A DNA stretch of 64,000 nt from Candidatus Roizmanbacteria bacterium CG_4_9_14_0_2_um_filter_38_17 (lineage in GTDB: Bacteria > Patescibacteriota > Microgenomatia > GCA-00278855), in the NCBI GenBank assembly GCA_002788855.1, contig PFSB01000006.1, forward strand, positions 5,467 through 69,466, written 5' to 3'. The position numbers and the translations under genes were made by a program. Shown one piece after another: positions 38,060 through 48,481 of the stretch. The number at the start of each line of letters is the position of its first letter. The stretch's first letter is position 1. The notes beneath the pieces were generated by a model, which saw nothing but the letters and a program-made list of their open reading frames with translations, made no database searches and was not told where the DNA came from.

Positions 38060-38772
38060 AAGTATCTATTATTGTTCCTGTATACAATGAAGAAAAGACG
38101 ATTTGTAAGGTTCTGTCGAGATTGCAAAAGTTAGGTAAACAAGACTTTAGTTATGAGATTATTGTAGTTGACGATGGATCTACTGATACTAGTGTATTGG
38201 AAATCAAAAAATCTAAATTACAAATTCCAAAGCTTAAAGTAGTATCTCATAGAAAAAATAAGGGGAAGGGGATGGCGGTGCGAACAGGTATTAAGCATGC
38301 AACGGGTGATTATGTAGTTATTCAGGATGCTGATCTGGAATACGATCCGCAAGATATACCTAGACTAGTTAAAGTCCTAGGCGTGGCTGGGGTTGATGTT
38401 GTATATGGCACAAGGTTGGATCGCTTGCCAAACTTGCGACGTGATGAGCGTGTTCCGCTTTTTCTATTACATTTTTTTGGTAACCGATTTCTAAGTTTAG
38501 TTACCAGTATACTTTATGGTCAGTGGATAACTGATATGGAAACCTGCTATAAGTTGTTTCCACGTAAGGCTCTTACAAATATTAGGCTTGAGGCGAAGGG
38601 GTTTGAGTTTGAGCCAGAGATAACGGCAAAGTTATTAAAAAAAGGTTTTCATATTTATGAAATACCTATTAAGACAAATCCACGAGGATATGACGATGGA
38701 AAGAAGCTTGATACTATTCGTGATGGAGTTCGCGCATTGTGGACGTTGATAAAATATCGAATATATGACTAA
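38056..38772 (+). CDS. GT2 polyprenol-phosphate glycosyltransferase (Dpm1-like)
   Basis: VSIIVPVYNEEKTI...IIVVDDGSTDTS...VIQDADLEYDP motifs; ATGA/GTGA-type overlap with the upstream gene. Confidence 0.8.
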   Translation: MKVSIIVPVYNEEKTICKVLSRLQKLGKQDFSYEIIVVDDGSTDTSVLEIKKSKLQIPKLKVVSHRKNKGKGMAVRTGIKHATGDYVVIQDADLEYDPQDIPRLVKVLGVAGVDVVYGTRLDRLPNLRRDERVPLFLLHFFGNRFLSLVTSILYGQWITDMETCYKLFPRKALTNIRLEAKGFEFEPEITAKLLKKGFHIYEIPIKTNPRGYDDGKKLDTIRDGVRALWTLIKYRIYD

Positions 38773-40243
38773 CATTATTAGAAAGTTGCGAAGGAATTGG
38801 TATTTGATATCTATTTTGTTGATTTTATTACTGGCGTTCTTCTTGCGATTTTATAATTTTGAGAGCCGTTGGGTGTTGGCTCAAGATCAATCTCATAATG
38901 CATTAGTAGCTCGGTACGCTTTGCAGACTGGACAGATTCCTCTTGTTGGTCCTTTTTCATCAGCTGGACCATTTCAGACTGGCGGTGAGTGGTATTGGTT
39001 GGTTATGATTTCGACAGCCATATATCCTTTTTCTGTGATTACTCCCTGGATTATGTCAGTTGTATTAAGTCTGGTGTTTGTTTTGTTAATACTACATGTG
39101 GGTCGTGAGCTAATAGATAGAAAATTTGGTTTGATACTTGGGATATTAGCTGCAGTTTCGACGACACAGCTTGAACAGCCAGCCAATTTAACAAACCAGT
39201 CTCCACAAGCATTTTTTAGCCTTATTGTGTTATGGATGAGTATTAAATATATTAGGAATAAGAGGAGTAAATATTTGTTTGTGCTTGGTTTATGCGCCAG
39301 CTTAGCTGCTACAGTACATTTACAAGGGGCAGCATTATTTGCAATACCGATCGTAACATTTCTTGTTGTGGGTTTGCCGAGTTTACGGTCTTTACTCTAT
39401 TTGGCGATTGGTTCATTTATTCCCTTAGTGCCTCTACTGATATTTGATTTGCAGAATGATTTTGTAAACAGCAAAGGTATATCAAGTTACTATTTAGTTG
39501 AGCAGTATAGAATATCATATGAGATGTTGGGAAGAAGGTGGTTGACCTATGTTTTGCAATTCTGGCCAGAACAGTGGTCTTACATTATAGGCGGTTTCTT
39601 AGCGTTTGGTTATATTGTTCCAGGACTGATAGTATTGGCAACTATATATAAAGCTGTTACGAAAAAGCTCAGTAAAGAATGGCTAGTAATGATTATATCA
39701 ACGGGTGTAATGATAGTAGCTCTGCGTTATGTTCGTACACCAATATTTACAAGTTATATTATGTTTCTTAATCCGTTTGTGATTATCCTAACAGGATGGA
39801 TTGTGTATTTAACATATAAGATTAAACCCTATTTAGCTGTTATTTTATTAATACTGATTGTTATTGGGAGTCTGTGGAATAGTAAGGCAGCATTGCAGGG
39901 TGGGCTAACTCATTCATATTATGAGTCTAAATATTGGGAGAAGGTGCTGGAAGAGAAATATCCAGGTCAAAAGTTTGCTATACACGATTATAAGTTTGAT
40001 ACTGATGGTCGCGCATCCTCTTTTGCATTAGTTCTTTTTGTAGATGGATTAGTTTCTGATGATGGGGTCAAAATTGGTGTAGCCAAGGGAGAGAATAAGT
40101 TGGGTATTGTTATCAATAAGAGTTTCGGGTATGTAATTGTAGATATTAATGAGGTTAAAGTAGAAGGAGATGACTGGGGATTTATTAATCCTAGTCGTCA
40201 TTATGATGCATCACAGAATTGGTATCAAAATAAATCCGACTGA
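38765..40243 (+). CDS. polytopic membrane glycosyltransferase, GT-C candidate (DE-motif family paralog)
   Basis: RFYNFESRWVLAQDQSHNALVA...GPFQTGGEWYWLVM parallels the 6388 and 15209 genes. Confidence 0.45.
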   Translation: MTNIIRKLRRNWYLISILLILLLAFFLRFYNFESRWVLAQDQSHNALVARYALQTGQIPLVGPFSSAGPFQTGGEWYWLVMISTAIYPFSVITPWIMSVVLSLVFVLLILHVGRELIDRKFGLILGILAAVSTTQLEQPANLTNQSPQAFFSLIVLWMSIKYIRNKRSKYLFVLGLCASLAATVHLQGAALFAIPIVTFLVVGLPSLRSLLYLAIGSFIPLVPLLIFDLQNDFVNSKGISSYYLVEQYRISYEMLGRRWLTYVLQFWPEQWSYIIGGFLAFGYIVPGLIVLATIYKAVTKKLSKEWLVMIISTGVMIVALRYVRTPIFTSYIMFLNPFVIILTGWIVYLTYKIKPYLAVILLILIVIGSLWNSKAALQGGLTHSYYESKYWEKVLEEKYPGQKFAIHDYKFDTDGRASSFALVLFVDGLVSDDGVKIGVAKGENKLGIVINKSFGYVIVDINEVKVEGDDWGFINPSRHYDASQNWYQNKSD

Positions 40244-41441
40244 TGATATGGGTGCGATAATATTATTTGCATTGGTTACCCCAGTTTTGATGACATATGG
40301 CTTGAGTACGGGAAATACTCCTTATTGGTTGTTTGGGCTTATTTTTCTTCTTTTGGGAATAAACCTGTTTTTACGTAAAGATAAACATAGAATAATACTT
40401 ACCTGGAGTGTGATTTTAATAACAGTCGGGTCAGTCTTTTTTTCATCTGTAATAGTTCGGTCTCAGGTTGCTCCAGTGCATGGTGTGCACGATATAATTT
40501 TGCAGCTTGAGGCGGCTACAAGGTATCTTACTAAAGGAGTAAATCCTTATGTAGCAGATTATTTTGGTACAGCACTTGAAGAGTGGTACTACTCGGATAC
40601 AGCTATCAATCCAGCGTTATACCATTTCGTGATGCCACCTTTTTATCTACTGTCGTTTATCCCTTTCTACTTCTTTGGTGCTCACTTTTTTAGTATTGTT
40701 GATGGTAGATTGCCGCTATTTTTTGCGTTTGTTGGAATTTTGTGGATATTGAATAAGATTGTTCCTAAAGAAGATAGAGCTCTTGCTTTGGGATTATTTG
40801 CATTTAATCCTGCAACCTTAAGCTTTTTTCTGGAAGGTAGGAGTGATATTCAGATGTTTTGGTGGTTGCTCCTCTCTTTGTATGTTCTGGGTCGTAAGCA
40901 ATTTGTTTGGTCCGGGATATTAATGGGGTTGGCTTTTGCTACTAAGCAGTCTGCTTGGCCTATATTTCCTCTTTATGTTGCATATCTGTATTTCTCTACA
41001 ACAAAATCTTCACTGATTAAGGGAGTTTTTTCGTTTACCGTTGCCTTTGGTTTAGTAACATTACCGTTTTTACTGTGGGATGCGCGAGCATTTTTTGATT
41101 CAACAATACTTTATTTAAATGGATCGCTGCCAACTAGTTATCCTATATCTGGTTACGGAATAGGAATGATGCTTAATCAGTTTGGATTAATAAAAGATCT
41201 ACAGGGGTACTTTCCATTCTGGATATACCAGTTGATATTTGGGCTACCCGTGTTAGTTTACTTGATCAATTATTTACGGAAAAAACCTACGGTGCGCAAT
41301 TTATTATTCTCCTATGGCATATTTCTCTTTGTTTTTTGGTATATGTCTCGATACTTTAATAATAGTCATGTAGGATTTTTAACATCTGTCTTTGTGGTGT
41401 CATATTTCTGGCCACAGGGTGGGGGGTCAAAAAAACAATGA
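40170..41441 (+). CDS. polytopic membrane protein, unknown (possible GT-C)
   Basis: ~11 TM, no soluble domain; true start probably near 40248 (MGAIILFALV...). Confidence 0.4.
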   Translation: MTGDLLILVVIMMHHRIGIKINPTDDMGAIILFALVTPVLMTYGLSTGNTPYWLFGLIFLLLGINLFLRKDKHRIILTWSVILITVGSVFFSSVIVRSQVAPVHGVHDIILQLEAATRYLTKGVNPYVADYFGTALEEWYYSDTAINPALYHFVMPPFYLLSFIPFYFFGAHFFSIVDGRLPLFFAFVGILWILNKIVPKEDRALALGLFAFNPATLSFFLEGRSDIQMFWWLLLSLYVLGRKQFVWSGILMGLAFATKQSAWPIFPLYVAYLYFSTTKSSLIKGVFSFTVAFGLVTLPFLLWDARAFFDSTILYLNGSLPTSYPISGYGIGMMLNQFGLIKDLQGYFPFWIYQLIFGLPVLVYLINYLRKKPTVRNLLFSYGIFLFVFWYMSRYFNNSHVGFLTSVFVVSYFWPQGGGSKKQ

Positions 41442-43147
41442 AGAACTGGATATTATTAGGATTAATAATCGTTCTGGCTTTGACTTTGCGTGTGGTGAAT
41501 TTGGGAGAAATACCTTCGTTTCATTCTGACGAAGTTGATTTTACCTACAATGCTTATTCTCTTCTGCTAACCGGTAGAGATCAATCGGGTAAACTACTAC
41601 CTCTAGCTACAACTTCAGTGGGTGATTTTAGGCCAGCGGCATACACCTATTTTGCAATATTACCTGTTAAATTGTTGGGTGCGACCGAGTTTGCTGGTAG
41701 GTTGCCATCAGCAATCTTAGGATCTCTATCTGTACTAGTTCTGTATTTATTGTCAAAAAGATTACTCAAGAGTCGAAGAGTTGGTTTTATTTCGTGTGTG
41801 CTATTGGGGTTTTCGTTTTGGCATATTAATCTTTCGAGGGAGGCAAGTGAAAAAGTTATGGCTATGTTTTTTGTTTTAGCTGGCTTGTTGTTTATGTATC
41901 GCTATGTAATCAAGACGAAATTAACAAATTTATTTCTTGCTTTTATTTTCTTGATGCTATCAATTCACTCGTACTATTCACCTCGTCCTTTTCTTCTTTT
42001 ATTATTACCGGTTGTGTATTTACTTTATCAGAAAGTTTTAAAGGGAAAGCAAAAAATAGTATTAGCAACAGCAATGGGGCTATTTATGTTAGCTATTTTA
42101 TATTTTACGTTTTTCTTTGGGCAGAGTAGCGAGAGAATAGGCCAGCTAAATATATTTAACCATCCATACACAGTTGCTTTATTGGGAGAGCAGATCCGTG
42201 AAGAAGGTAATACAGCTAATGTCTATGCAACTCGTTTTTATCATAATAAACTTGTAAACTTTGGATTCACTATTGGCCAGAACTATCTGGATTATTTTTC
42301 ACCTAGATATTTGTTTCTTCAAGGAGGTTTTCCAAATAGAGTTAAAATTCCAGCAGTAGGATTGCTTAATTTAGCTGAGTTGCCACTTCTTGTATACGGA
42401 ATATTTGCTCTAGCTCAGAGGTATTTTAAGTATAAAAATAAGGAAATATTGTTGGTATTTTTCTGGCTTGTGTTGGCTCCACTTTCGCCAGCTTTGACTT
42501 TTGATGAAATACCAAATGTGTACCGGACGCTGTTAATGTTGCCTCCTTTATTAATAATAATTGCTGCTGGGGTTAGTGAGTTAATACAGATGTTGGTTTC
42601 AGTTAGATGTGGGAAAGTCATTATTACTGTGGTAGCAATATTCTATTGCTGGAATTTATTATTCTTTATTCATCAATACCATACACATTTTGAGATACAT
42701 CAGTCACAGTATCGTAATTATGCACAAAAGGAGTTGGGGTTATTCTTAAAAGAAATAGAAGGTGAATATGAAACCATATACATTAGTAAGGGATACAGTG
42801 GTGCAGATCAAGTAATTCGTTATTATTTTGGATATAGTCCAGAACAGTATCAAGCAGAAGGCTCACCAAGGGATGAAGACTATGAGGGCTTTGGAAAAAT
42901 TGTCTATGTGCCTATGCCGTGTGCTTATCCAGAGCTTATTGGAAAAAAGATACCTCAGATAGGAAAAAACTATTTATATGTTAATCGGGCTGATTGTCAA
43001 CGTGAGTACGAGCAGTATCGAATATCAACAATTACATGGAGAGACAACTCACCTGCATATAGGGTAATTTCACCAGGCGTGCTATCTGAACATCCTGCTC
43101 TTGATGAGACCCAGTTGATGGAGGACGTAAAGAAGGAAGCAGAATAA
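41438..43147 (+). CDS. PMT_2/ArnT-like GT-C glycosyltransferase (paralog 2 of 4)
   Basis: LRVVNLGEIPSFHSDEVDFTYNAYSLLLTGRDQSGKLLPL...GDFRPAAYTYFAILPVKLLG. Confidence 0.6.
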   Translation: MKNWILLGLIIVLALTLRVVNLGEIPSFHSDEVDFTYNAYSLLLTGRDQSGKLLPLATTSVGDFRPAAYTYFAILPVKLLGATEFAGRLPSAILGSLSVLVLYLLSKRLLKSRRVGFISCVLLGFSFWHINLSREASEKVMAMFFVLAGLLFMYRYVIKTKLTNLFLAFIFLMLSIHSYYSPRPFLLLLLPVVYLLYQKVLKGKQKIVLATAMGLFMLAILYFTFFFGQSSERIGQLNIFNHPYTVALLGEQIREEGNTANVYATRFYHNKLVNFGFTIGQNYLDYFSPRYLFLQGGFPNRVKIPAVGLLNLAELPLLVYGIFALAQRYFKYKNKEILLVFFWLVLAPLSPALTFDEIPNVYRTLLMLPPLLIIIAAGVSELIQMLVSVRCGKVIITVVAIFYCWNLLFFIHQYHTHFEIHQSQYRNYAQKELGLFLKEIEGEYETIYISKGYSGADQVIRYYFGYSPEQYQAEGSPRDEDYEGFGKIVYVPMPCAYPELIGKKIPQIGKNYLYVNRADCQREYEQYRISTITWRDNSPAYRVISPGVLSEHPALDETQLMEDVKKEAE

Positions 43148-43825
43148 TGTATCTAGTACGTATTTGATTCCTTTCCAGCCACCGATGGATGAAGCCTCCT
43201 TAAAATAACGAACAGGAACAGGAGTTTCTCCTACTTTGAATCCATATGAAACCGCAGAAAAGATAAATTGTTGGTCAAATACGAAATTGTTTGAAAATCG
43301 CTGAAAAGGTATTACCTCTAAGGCTTTAGAAGAATAAGCTCGAAAACCGCTTAAGTGCTCTGAAAGATTCGTACCAAGGATTATATTAGCGATAGTTGTT
43401 AATATGCGATTTCCAAGGTATTTGATTGGTGGCATGCCTCCGGCGAGCGTCTCTTGACGTGTTCTGATTCTCGATCCTAGCATAACGTCGTATTCACCTT
43501 TAAGAATAGGTTCTACAAGTGCTGGTATTTTAGTTCCATCGTATTGGTAATCTGGGTGGAGCATGATTATTATGTCTGCATTGCTTTTTTGAGCTTCCCA
43601 ATAGCAAGTTTTTTGATTTCCTCCGTAGCCTACATTCTGCTTATGTACAAATGTTTTAATTCCTAGTTTTTTAGCTTCAATTGCTGTTCTATCTCCCGAG
43701 GCATCATCGACTAATATTATTTCGGAAATAAGATTTTTTGGTAAATCTTTAAATGTTTTTTCTAGAGTTTTCTCCGCGTAATATGCTGGCATTACAACAA
43801 CGATTTTGGGATTTGAGTCAGGCAT
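43082..43825 (-). CDS. GT2 polyprenol-phosphate glycosyltransferase (Dpm1-like), minus strand
   Basis: IVVVMPAYYAEKTL...ILVDDASGDRT...HPDYQYD motifs. Its 3' end overlaps the 3' end of the convergent 41438 gene by 66 nt. Confidence 0.78.
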   Translation of the reverse strand: MPDSNPKIVVVMPAYYAEKTLEKTFKDLPKNLISEIILVDDASGDRTAIEAKKLGIKTFVHKQNVGYGGNQKTCYWEAQKSNADIIIMLHPDYQYDGTKIPALVEPILKGEYDVMLGSRIRTRQETLAGGMPPIKYLGNRILTTIANIILGTNLSEHLSGFRAYSSKALEVIPFQRFSNNFVFDQQFIFSAVSYGFKVGETPVPVRYFKEASSIGGWKGIKYVLDTLFCFLLYVLHQLGLIKSRMFR

Positions 43826-43927
43826 AGTAATATCTATTATATCCTATTTCCTATCTTACTTGATTATGAGTGACTTAATACGTATCATGTCTTAATAATA
43901 TGAGATTATTATACCTCTTCATCTAAG

Positions 43928-45309
43928 ATGAAATACTATATTAATTATATAATTAAAAATCTGCACTATATATTCTTGCTTGGCTATACAGCTGCGGGGG
44001 TACTGGTTTCTCTGTTTAGATATTGGCAGTTTGAGACATTTTATTATGATTTTGGAATATATGATCAAGCCATCTGGAGAGTGTCTCGATTTCAGCCGCC
44101 TATAATCGACCATTTCGTTCGTACAGGTCAATGGATTTTTGCTGACCATTTTACTCCCAGTCTCTTTTTGCTTTCATCCTTGTATTGGATTACATCAAGA
44201 GCAGAAATTCAACTCATTGCTCAAGTTGTTGCTGTTAGTTTAAGTGGGTGGGTTTTATATAAGATTGGTATTAGTGTTTTGAAAGACCGGTTTATATCTT
44301 TTGCAATAATGGTTTCTTATCTACTATTTGTTGGTCTACAGAATGCGCTTATAACAGATATTCATCCGGATGTGTTTGCGACTTTACCATTTATGCTAAC
44401 GGTGTACTTGTTTGTACGTAATAAAAAGCGTTCTTACTACCTATGGTTACTAATATTTTTAGGTTTTAAGGAGAACTTTTTTTTTGGTAAGTGCTGGGCT
44501 GGCGATATTTATCTGGTTTGTGAATAAAAAATGGAGAAAAATAAGCTTAATAACCTTAGTAATACCATTATTATGGGGGTGGTTGAGTATTAAAATTATT
44601 ATTCCATATTTTGCAGGAGATTTGTACCAGTATGCTCCCACGGATTTGGGATCGATGCTGAGAGATTTAACTTTTCTAATTGATCATCCAATTAAACGCA
44701 AAACTTTATTTGATAGTTTTTTGAGTTTTGGATTCCTTCCTCTATTGTTTCCACCTGCGTATCCGCTTATATTACAAGACTTGAGTGTGAGATTTTTTCC
44801 ACAGTTTTCATATTTAAGGTGGGGGATGAGTATACATTATAGTGTACAACTTGCCGGGATAATGGGTGTGTCTAGTATCTATGCATGCTTAAGATTTGGT
44901 AAAAAAAGCTCGACTATATTACGGAATTGTGTTGGTTATTGTTGCATTATTTATGCACCAGTTTTATTTACATGGACCACTAGCACTTGCATATAATCGT
45001 GCATTTTATCTTCATACAAAAAACCTTCATTTTCTAGAGGAATTGGTAAATAAAGTGCCTAAAGATGCCTCTGTGATGACGCAGAACAATCTGGCTGTGC
45101 GTTTTACTCATCAGGATGTAATGCTCTTAAGAGATAACTATGAGGTTTATAATCCTGATTATATTGTTCTTGATCTAAGGGATGAGCAAAATCCTAATGT
45201 GTTTTTTGGGCTTAAAGATAAAGATAGCTTGCTAACTTTCTTGCTAAGAGATAAAAACTATGAGGCTATATTTCAGACTGAATATCAGTATGTCTTTCAA
45301 AAAAAGTAA
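43928..45309 (+). pseudogene. polytopic membrane protein gene split into three reading frames at T9 (44477-44485) and A7 (44901-44907) homopolymers
   Basis: Three consecutive same-strand ORFs (43928-44527, 44484-44996, 44896-45309) in frames 2, 0 and 1 abut exactly at homopolymer tracts. Concatenated they give a ~460 aa multi-TM protein with a C-terminal soluble domain. Confidence 0.55.
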
Positions 45310-45323
45310 GCCTTCTTAAGGCT
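45309..45323. terminator. weak bidirectional hairpin between convergent genes
   Basis: AGCCTTcttAAGGCT (6-bp stem) spans the stop codons of the convergent genes. It is preceded by A7 on plus (T7 for the minus transcript) and followed by GTTTATAT. Confidence 0.3.
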
Positions 45324-46902
45324 GTTTATATAGTAGTTCTTTAGCTTGCCCCCATTGTTTATCTGTTATCTCAGGTAGTTTCTGCTTATTTATATACAAG
45401 CAGGTGGGTTTGTCATCGGTTGAAATAAGCTGTTGGTATTCTTTGAGTATGTCTTTAGATAAAGATCCAAGAGCTATGCGTTCATCAGGACAAGATCCAT
45501 AGTAGAAATCTGGTGGATTATCTTTAAACATTTTCATGCGGGTGTTAGAGTACTTGGCAAAGTTAGGCATAGCTGAGGTATACCAAGAGTATTTATATGC
45601 CGATAGTCTTTGTGCCTGCCAGTAGATAAGATCGTCAAATCCGTCTAAGAAGAGAGTATCATCTGGATCTGAAAGAACCTTAACTACTTCTCCAACCTGC
45701 ATTTCGTTTCCAAAGTTGTTAACCAACATTTCATGTTGATTTAATTGCTCATGGATATAGGAACGTGGAGAGATAAGAATATAGCCAATAAGACTAATTA
45801 GTACTATTGCAAAAAGAGCAGTAATTTTATAGTTTTTATGTTGAAATTGATCTTGCAACATAAGGAAGATTGAGAATAGAAACACCCCAAGCCAAGGAGC
45901 CATGTGAAAAGCGCCGTAAAAAACATCTCCAGGCTCAACAAGTCGTAAATTTGCTAGTCCTAGAATCGCTAGTAGAGCTATAACGGATTTATACTGTTTT
46001 TGCTTAACTGTAATTATAAGCAAGACTACAAATACCCCGCTTAGTACTATTAGGGTATGTCTGAAAATGTTCCACTCACCGCTTAAAAAGATATATAGGG
46101 GATAAATAAATGACTTTATCATGTCTCTACCAAATTCAAAAAATCCTGTGTTGATGGTATATATGTTAAAGATATATTCTTGAACTGGATGAATTAGGAT
46201 AGTAGCAAGACTTAATAGTAAAAAAGTTATTAGTGAAATTTGTTTTACTTTAGAAAAAGGCTTACCAAGAACAATTAGACCAAAGCTTGCTAGAGTTGAT
46301 AGTAGAAAAGGAATACGCGTAAAGATAATAAACCAGCTACAAATAGCACTAACTACGTAATCTACTTTGTATATCTTCTTATTTTGATATTTATATATTA
46401 CAATCCCCACAAGATAAGCCAAGGGATAGACAATTAACCCCTCTCCTAAAAATCTCTCTCCAAACAAGTAGAATTTAAGTAGCTCATATAGAAACACAAA
46501 TCCTATGCCAAAAAAACCAAAACGAAGTAGTAGTAATAAGTTTGCGGTGAAACTAAAAAGAAGTACAAATTGACGATGGCGAAGTAGTAGTTCGAAAATA
46601 TTAGTAGGCTGAGTAAATAGCTGAATAAGATAACTAATGTAAGCCATTAGTGGCTGGTGATTAAAAAAGATTTGGGAGTACAATTGCTTGCCGTTTAAGA
46701 TGAAGTATCCGCCTAAGTAGTTAAAGCAGTCGTCAAAACAGCCAAATGCAGCAATTCTAGGGATATATAGTTTGTAAAGAAAAATGTACCAGGTAACCAA
46801 TATTAGCGTCACAATAACTAAATAAGGGAGTTTTTTTGTGTACATGATATGATTATAAGGTATATTCAAGGTTATGAGAAAGCTATTTGTACTTATATTC
46901 AT
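45316..46902 (-). CDS. polytopic membrane protein, unknown (possible GT-C), minus strand
   Basis: ~13 TM; start probably MYTKK near 46854, leaving ~20 nt to the divergent 46874 gene. Confidence 0.4.
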   Translation of the reverse strand: MNISTNSFLITLNIPYNHIMYTKKLPYLVIVTLILVTWYIFLYKLYIPRIAAFGCFDDCFNYLGGYFILNGKQLYSQIFFNHQPLMAYISYLIQLFTQPTNIFELLLRHRQFVLLFSFTANLLLLLRFGFFGIGFVFLYELLKFYLFGERFLGEGLIVYPLAYLVGIVIYKYQNKKIYKVDYVVSAICSWFIIFTRIPFLLSTLASFGLIVLGKPFSKVKQISLITFLLLSLATILIHPVQEYIFNIYTINTGFFEFGRDMIKSFIYPLYIFLSGEWNIFRHTLIVLSGVFVVLLIITVKQKQYKSVIALLAILGLANLRLVEPGDVFYGAFHMAPWLGVFLFSIFLMLQDQFQHKNYKITALFAIVLISLIGYILISPRSYIHEQLNQHEMLVNNFGNEMQVGEVVKVLSDPDDTLFLDGFDDLIYWQAQRLSAYKYSWYTSAMPNFAKYSNTRMKMFKDNPPDFYYGSCPDERIALGSLSKDILKEYQQLISTDDKPTCLYINKQKLPEITDKQWGQAKELLYKQP

Positions 46903-48481
46903 ACTGGGTCTTAGTTTACGGCTATATCAGCTGGGTTCAAATCCAGTGTCTTTGGCGTGGGATGAGGCTGCCTGGGGATATAATGCTTATTCCTTAGGGA
47001 TAGATGGTAGGGATGAGTTTGGTGCACTACTATCAATGAGTTACCTTGAGTCATTCGGAGACTTTAAGCCACCCTTATATGCGTATCTTACAGTGTTACC
47101 AGTTAAACTACTGGGCTTAAACGAACTAGCGACCCGAATTCCTTCAGCTGTTATCGGTAGCTTAACTATTATAGCTGTGTATTTTCTAACAAAAGAGATC
47201 TTTAGATCAAGTCAAAAAAGATCACACTATGCTTTAGCTACAAGTTTTCTTTTGGCCATAAGCCCTTGGCATATTAATTTATCCAGAGCAGCTTTTGAAG
47301 CCAACGTTGCTCAGCTGTTGATAATAATGGGAGTTTTCTTTTTTTTCTTCTTTATTAGAGGTAAACCGAAGTTACTAGTACTGTCTGCCTTGTTTTTTGT
47401 ATTTTCTTTGTATACCTTTAATACAGCGCGTGTTTTTGTACCCTTATTGGTTCTAGCATTAACTATATTTAATTACCGGATATTATTAAAATACCGAAGA
47501 TGGGTGTTAATAGCTACGGTTATTGGTATCTTAATTAGTATTCCATTGTTAAGATTTATGTTAACTCCTCAGTCGAAACTGCGTTATCACGAGGTGAATA
47601 TTTTTTCTGATGCGGGAGTTGTAGAGCTGGCAAATAGGGAAATAGCTAATGACGGAAATACGATTGTTTCGCGAGTGATACATAATCGCAGGTTTGGCTA
47701 TGCTCGATCATATATGAAGCACTACATGGATCACTTCAATCCAGAGTTTTTATTCATTAGGGGAGATGGAAACCCTAAGTTCTCAATACAGGATGTTGGT
47801 CAGCTGTATTTATGGGAGTTACCGTTCTTAGTTGGAGGAATACTACTGCTTATTAGAAAGAAAGAGGGAAATTGGTGGATTGTACCAGCATGGCTACTTT
47901 TGGGGATTCTGCCAGCAGCTACCGCACGTGAGACACCACATGCGTTGAGAATAGAGACGACTCTTCCTATGTGGCAGATTTTTACAGCGTATGGTTTGGT
48001 GACTTTAGTTTCTTGCGTGAAGCGTCAAAAGTTAAAGGTTGTTGCTATGAGTGTTATAGCTCTAGCAATTGCGGCAAATGGAACATACTACTTACATGGG
48101 TACTATAGACACTATCCAGTTGAGTATGCGCATGAGTGGCAGTATGGATACCAAGAGATGTTCGCGTATACAGAGCTTGTTAAAGGTAATTACGATAAGA
48201 TTATAGTTACAGAACTTCTAGGAAGACCGTATATCTACAATCTGTTCTATTCTAAGATAGATCCTAAATCATTTAGAGAACAAGCAATTGTTGAACGAGA
48301 GGCACTTGGATTCGTGACTGTTAAAGAATTTGATAAATATATTTTTACAAAAGAGCCAAGTAGATATATTGAAGGCAATCTACTTTATGTAAATATACCT
48401 ACTAATGTTCCTAAATCTGCTGTAGTTAAGAAGATTGTTGAGTTGCCTAATGGCAGTGGGGCATTTGTGATATATGAATAA
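46874..48481 (+). CDS. PMT_2/ArnT-like GT-C glycosyltransferase (paralog 3 of 4)
   Basis: LRLYQLGSNPVSLAWDEAAWGYNAYSLGIDGRDEFG...FGDFKPPLYAYLTVLPVKLLG. Confidence 0.6.
   Translation: MRKLFVLIFILGLSLRLYQLGSNPVSLAWDEAAWGYNAYSLGIDGRDEFGALLSMSYLESFGDFKPPLYAYLTVLPVKLLGLNELATRIPSAVIGSLTIIAVYFLTKEIFRSSQKRSHYALATSFLLAISPWHINLSRAAFEANVAQLLIIMGVFFFFFFIRGKPKLLVLSALFFVFSLYTFNTARVFVPLLVLALTIFNYRILLKYRRWVLIATVIGILISIPLLRFMLTPQSKLRYHEVNIFSDAGVVELANREIANDGNTIVSRVIHNRRFGYARSYMKHYMDHFNPEFLFIRGDGNPKFSIQDVGQLYLWELPFLVGGILLLIRKKEGNWWIVPAWLLLGILPAATARETPHALRIETTLPMWQIFTAYGLVTLVSCVKRQKLKVVAMSVIALAIAANGTYYLHGYYRHYPVEYAHEWQYGYQEMFAYTELVKGNYDKIIVTELLGRPYIYNLFYSKIDPKSFREQAIVEREALGFVTVKEFDKYIFTKEPSRYIEGNLLYVNIPTNVPKSAVVKKIVELPNGSGAFVIYE

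Noticed and set aside
43826-43927. 102-nt AT-rich gap between divergent 43082(-) and 43928(+) genes as a defined promoter or operator
   Set aside because: It is certainly a divergent promoter region, but there are multiple overlapping TATAAT-like hexamers in AT-rich DNA and no unambiguous -35/-10 pair, so no specific element was called.
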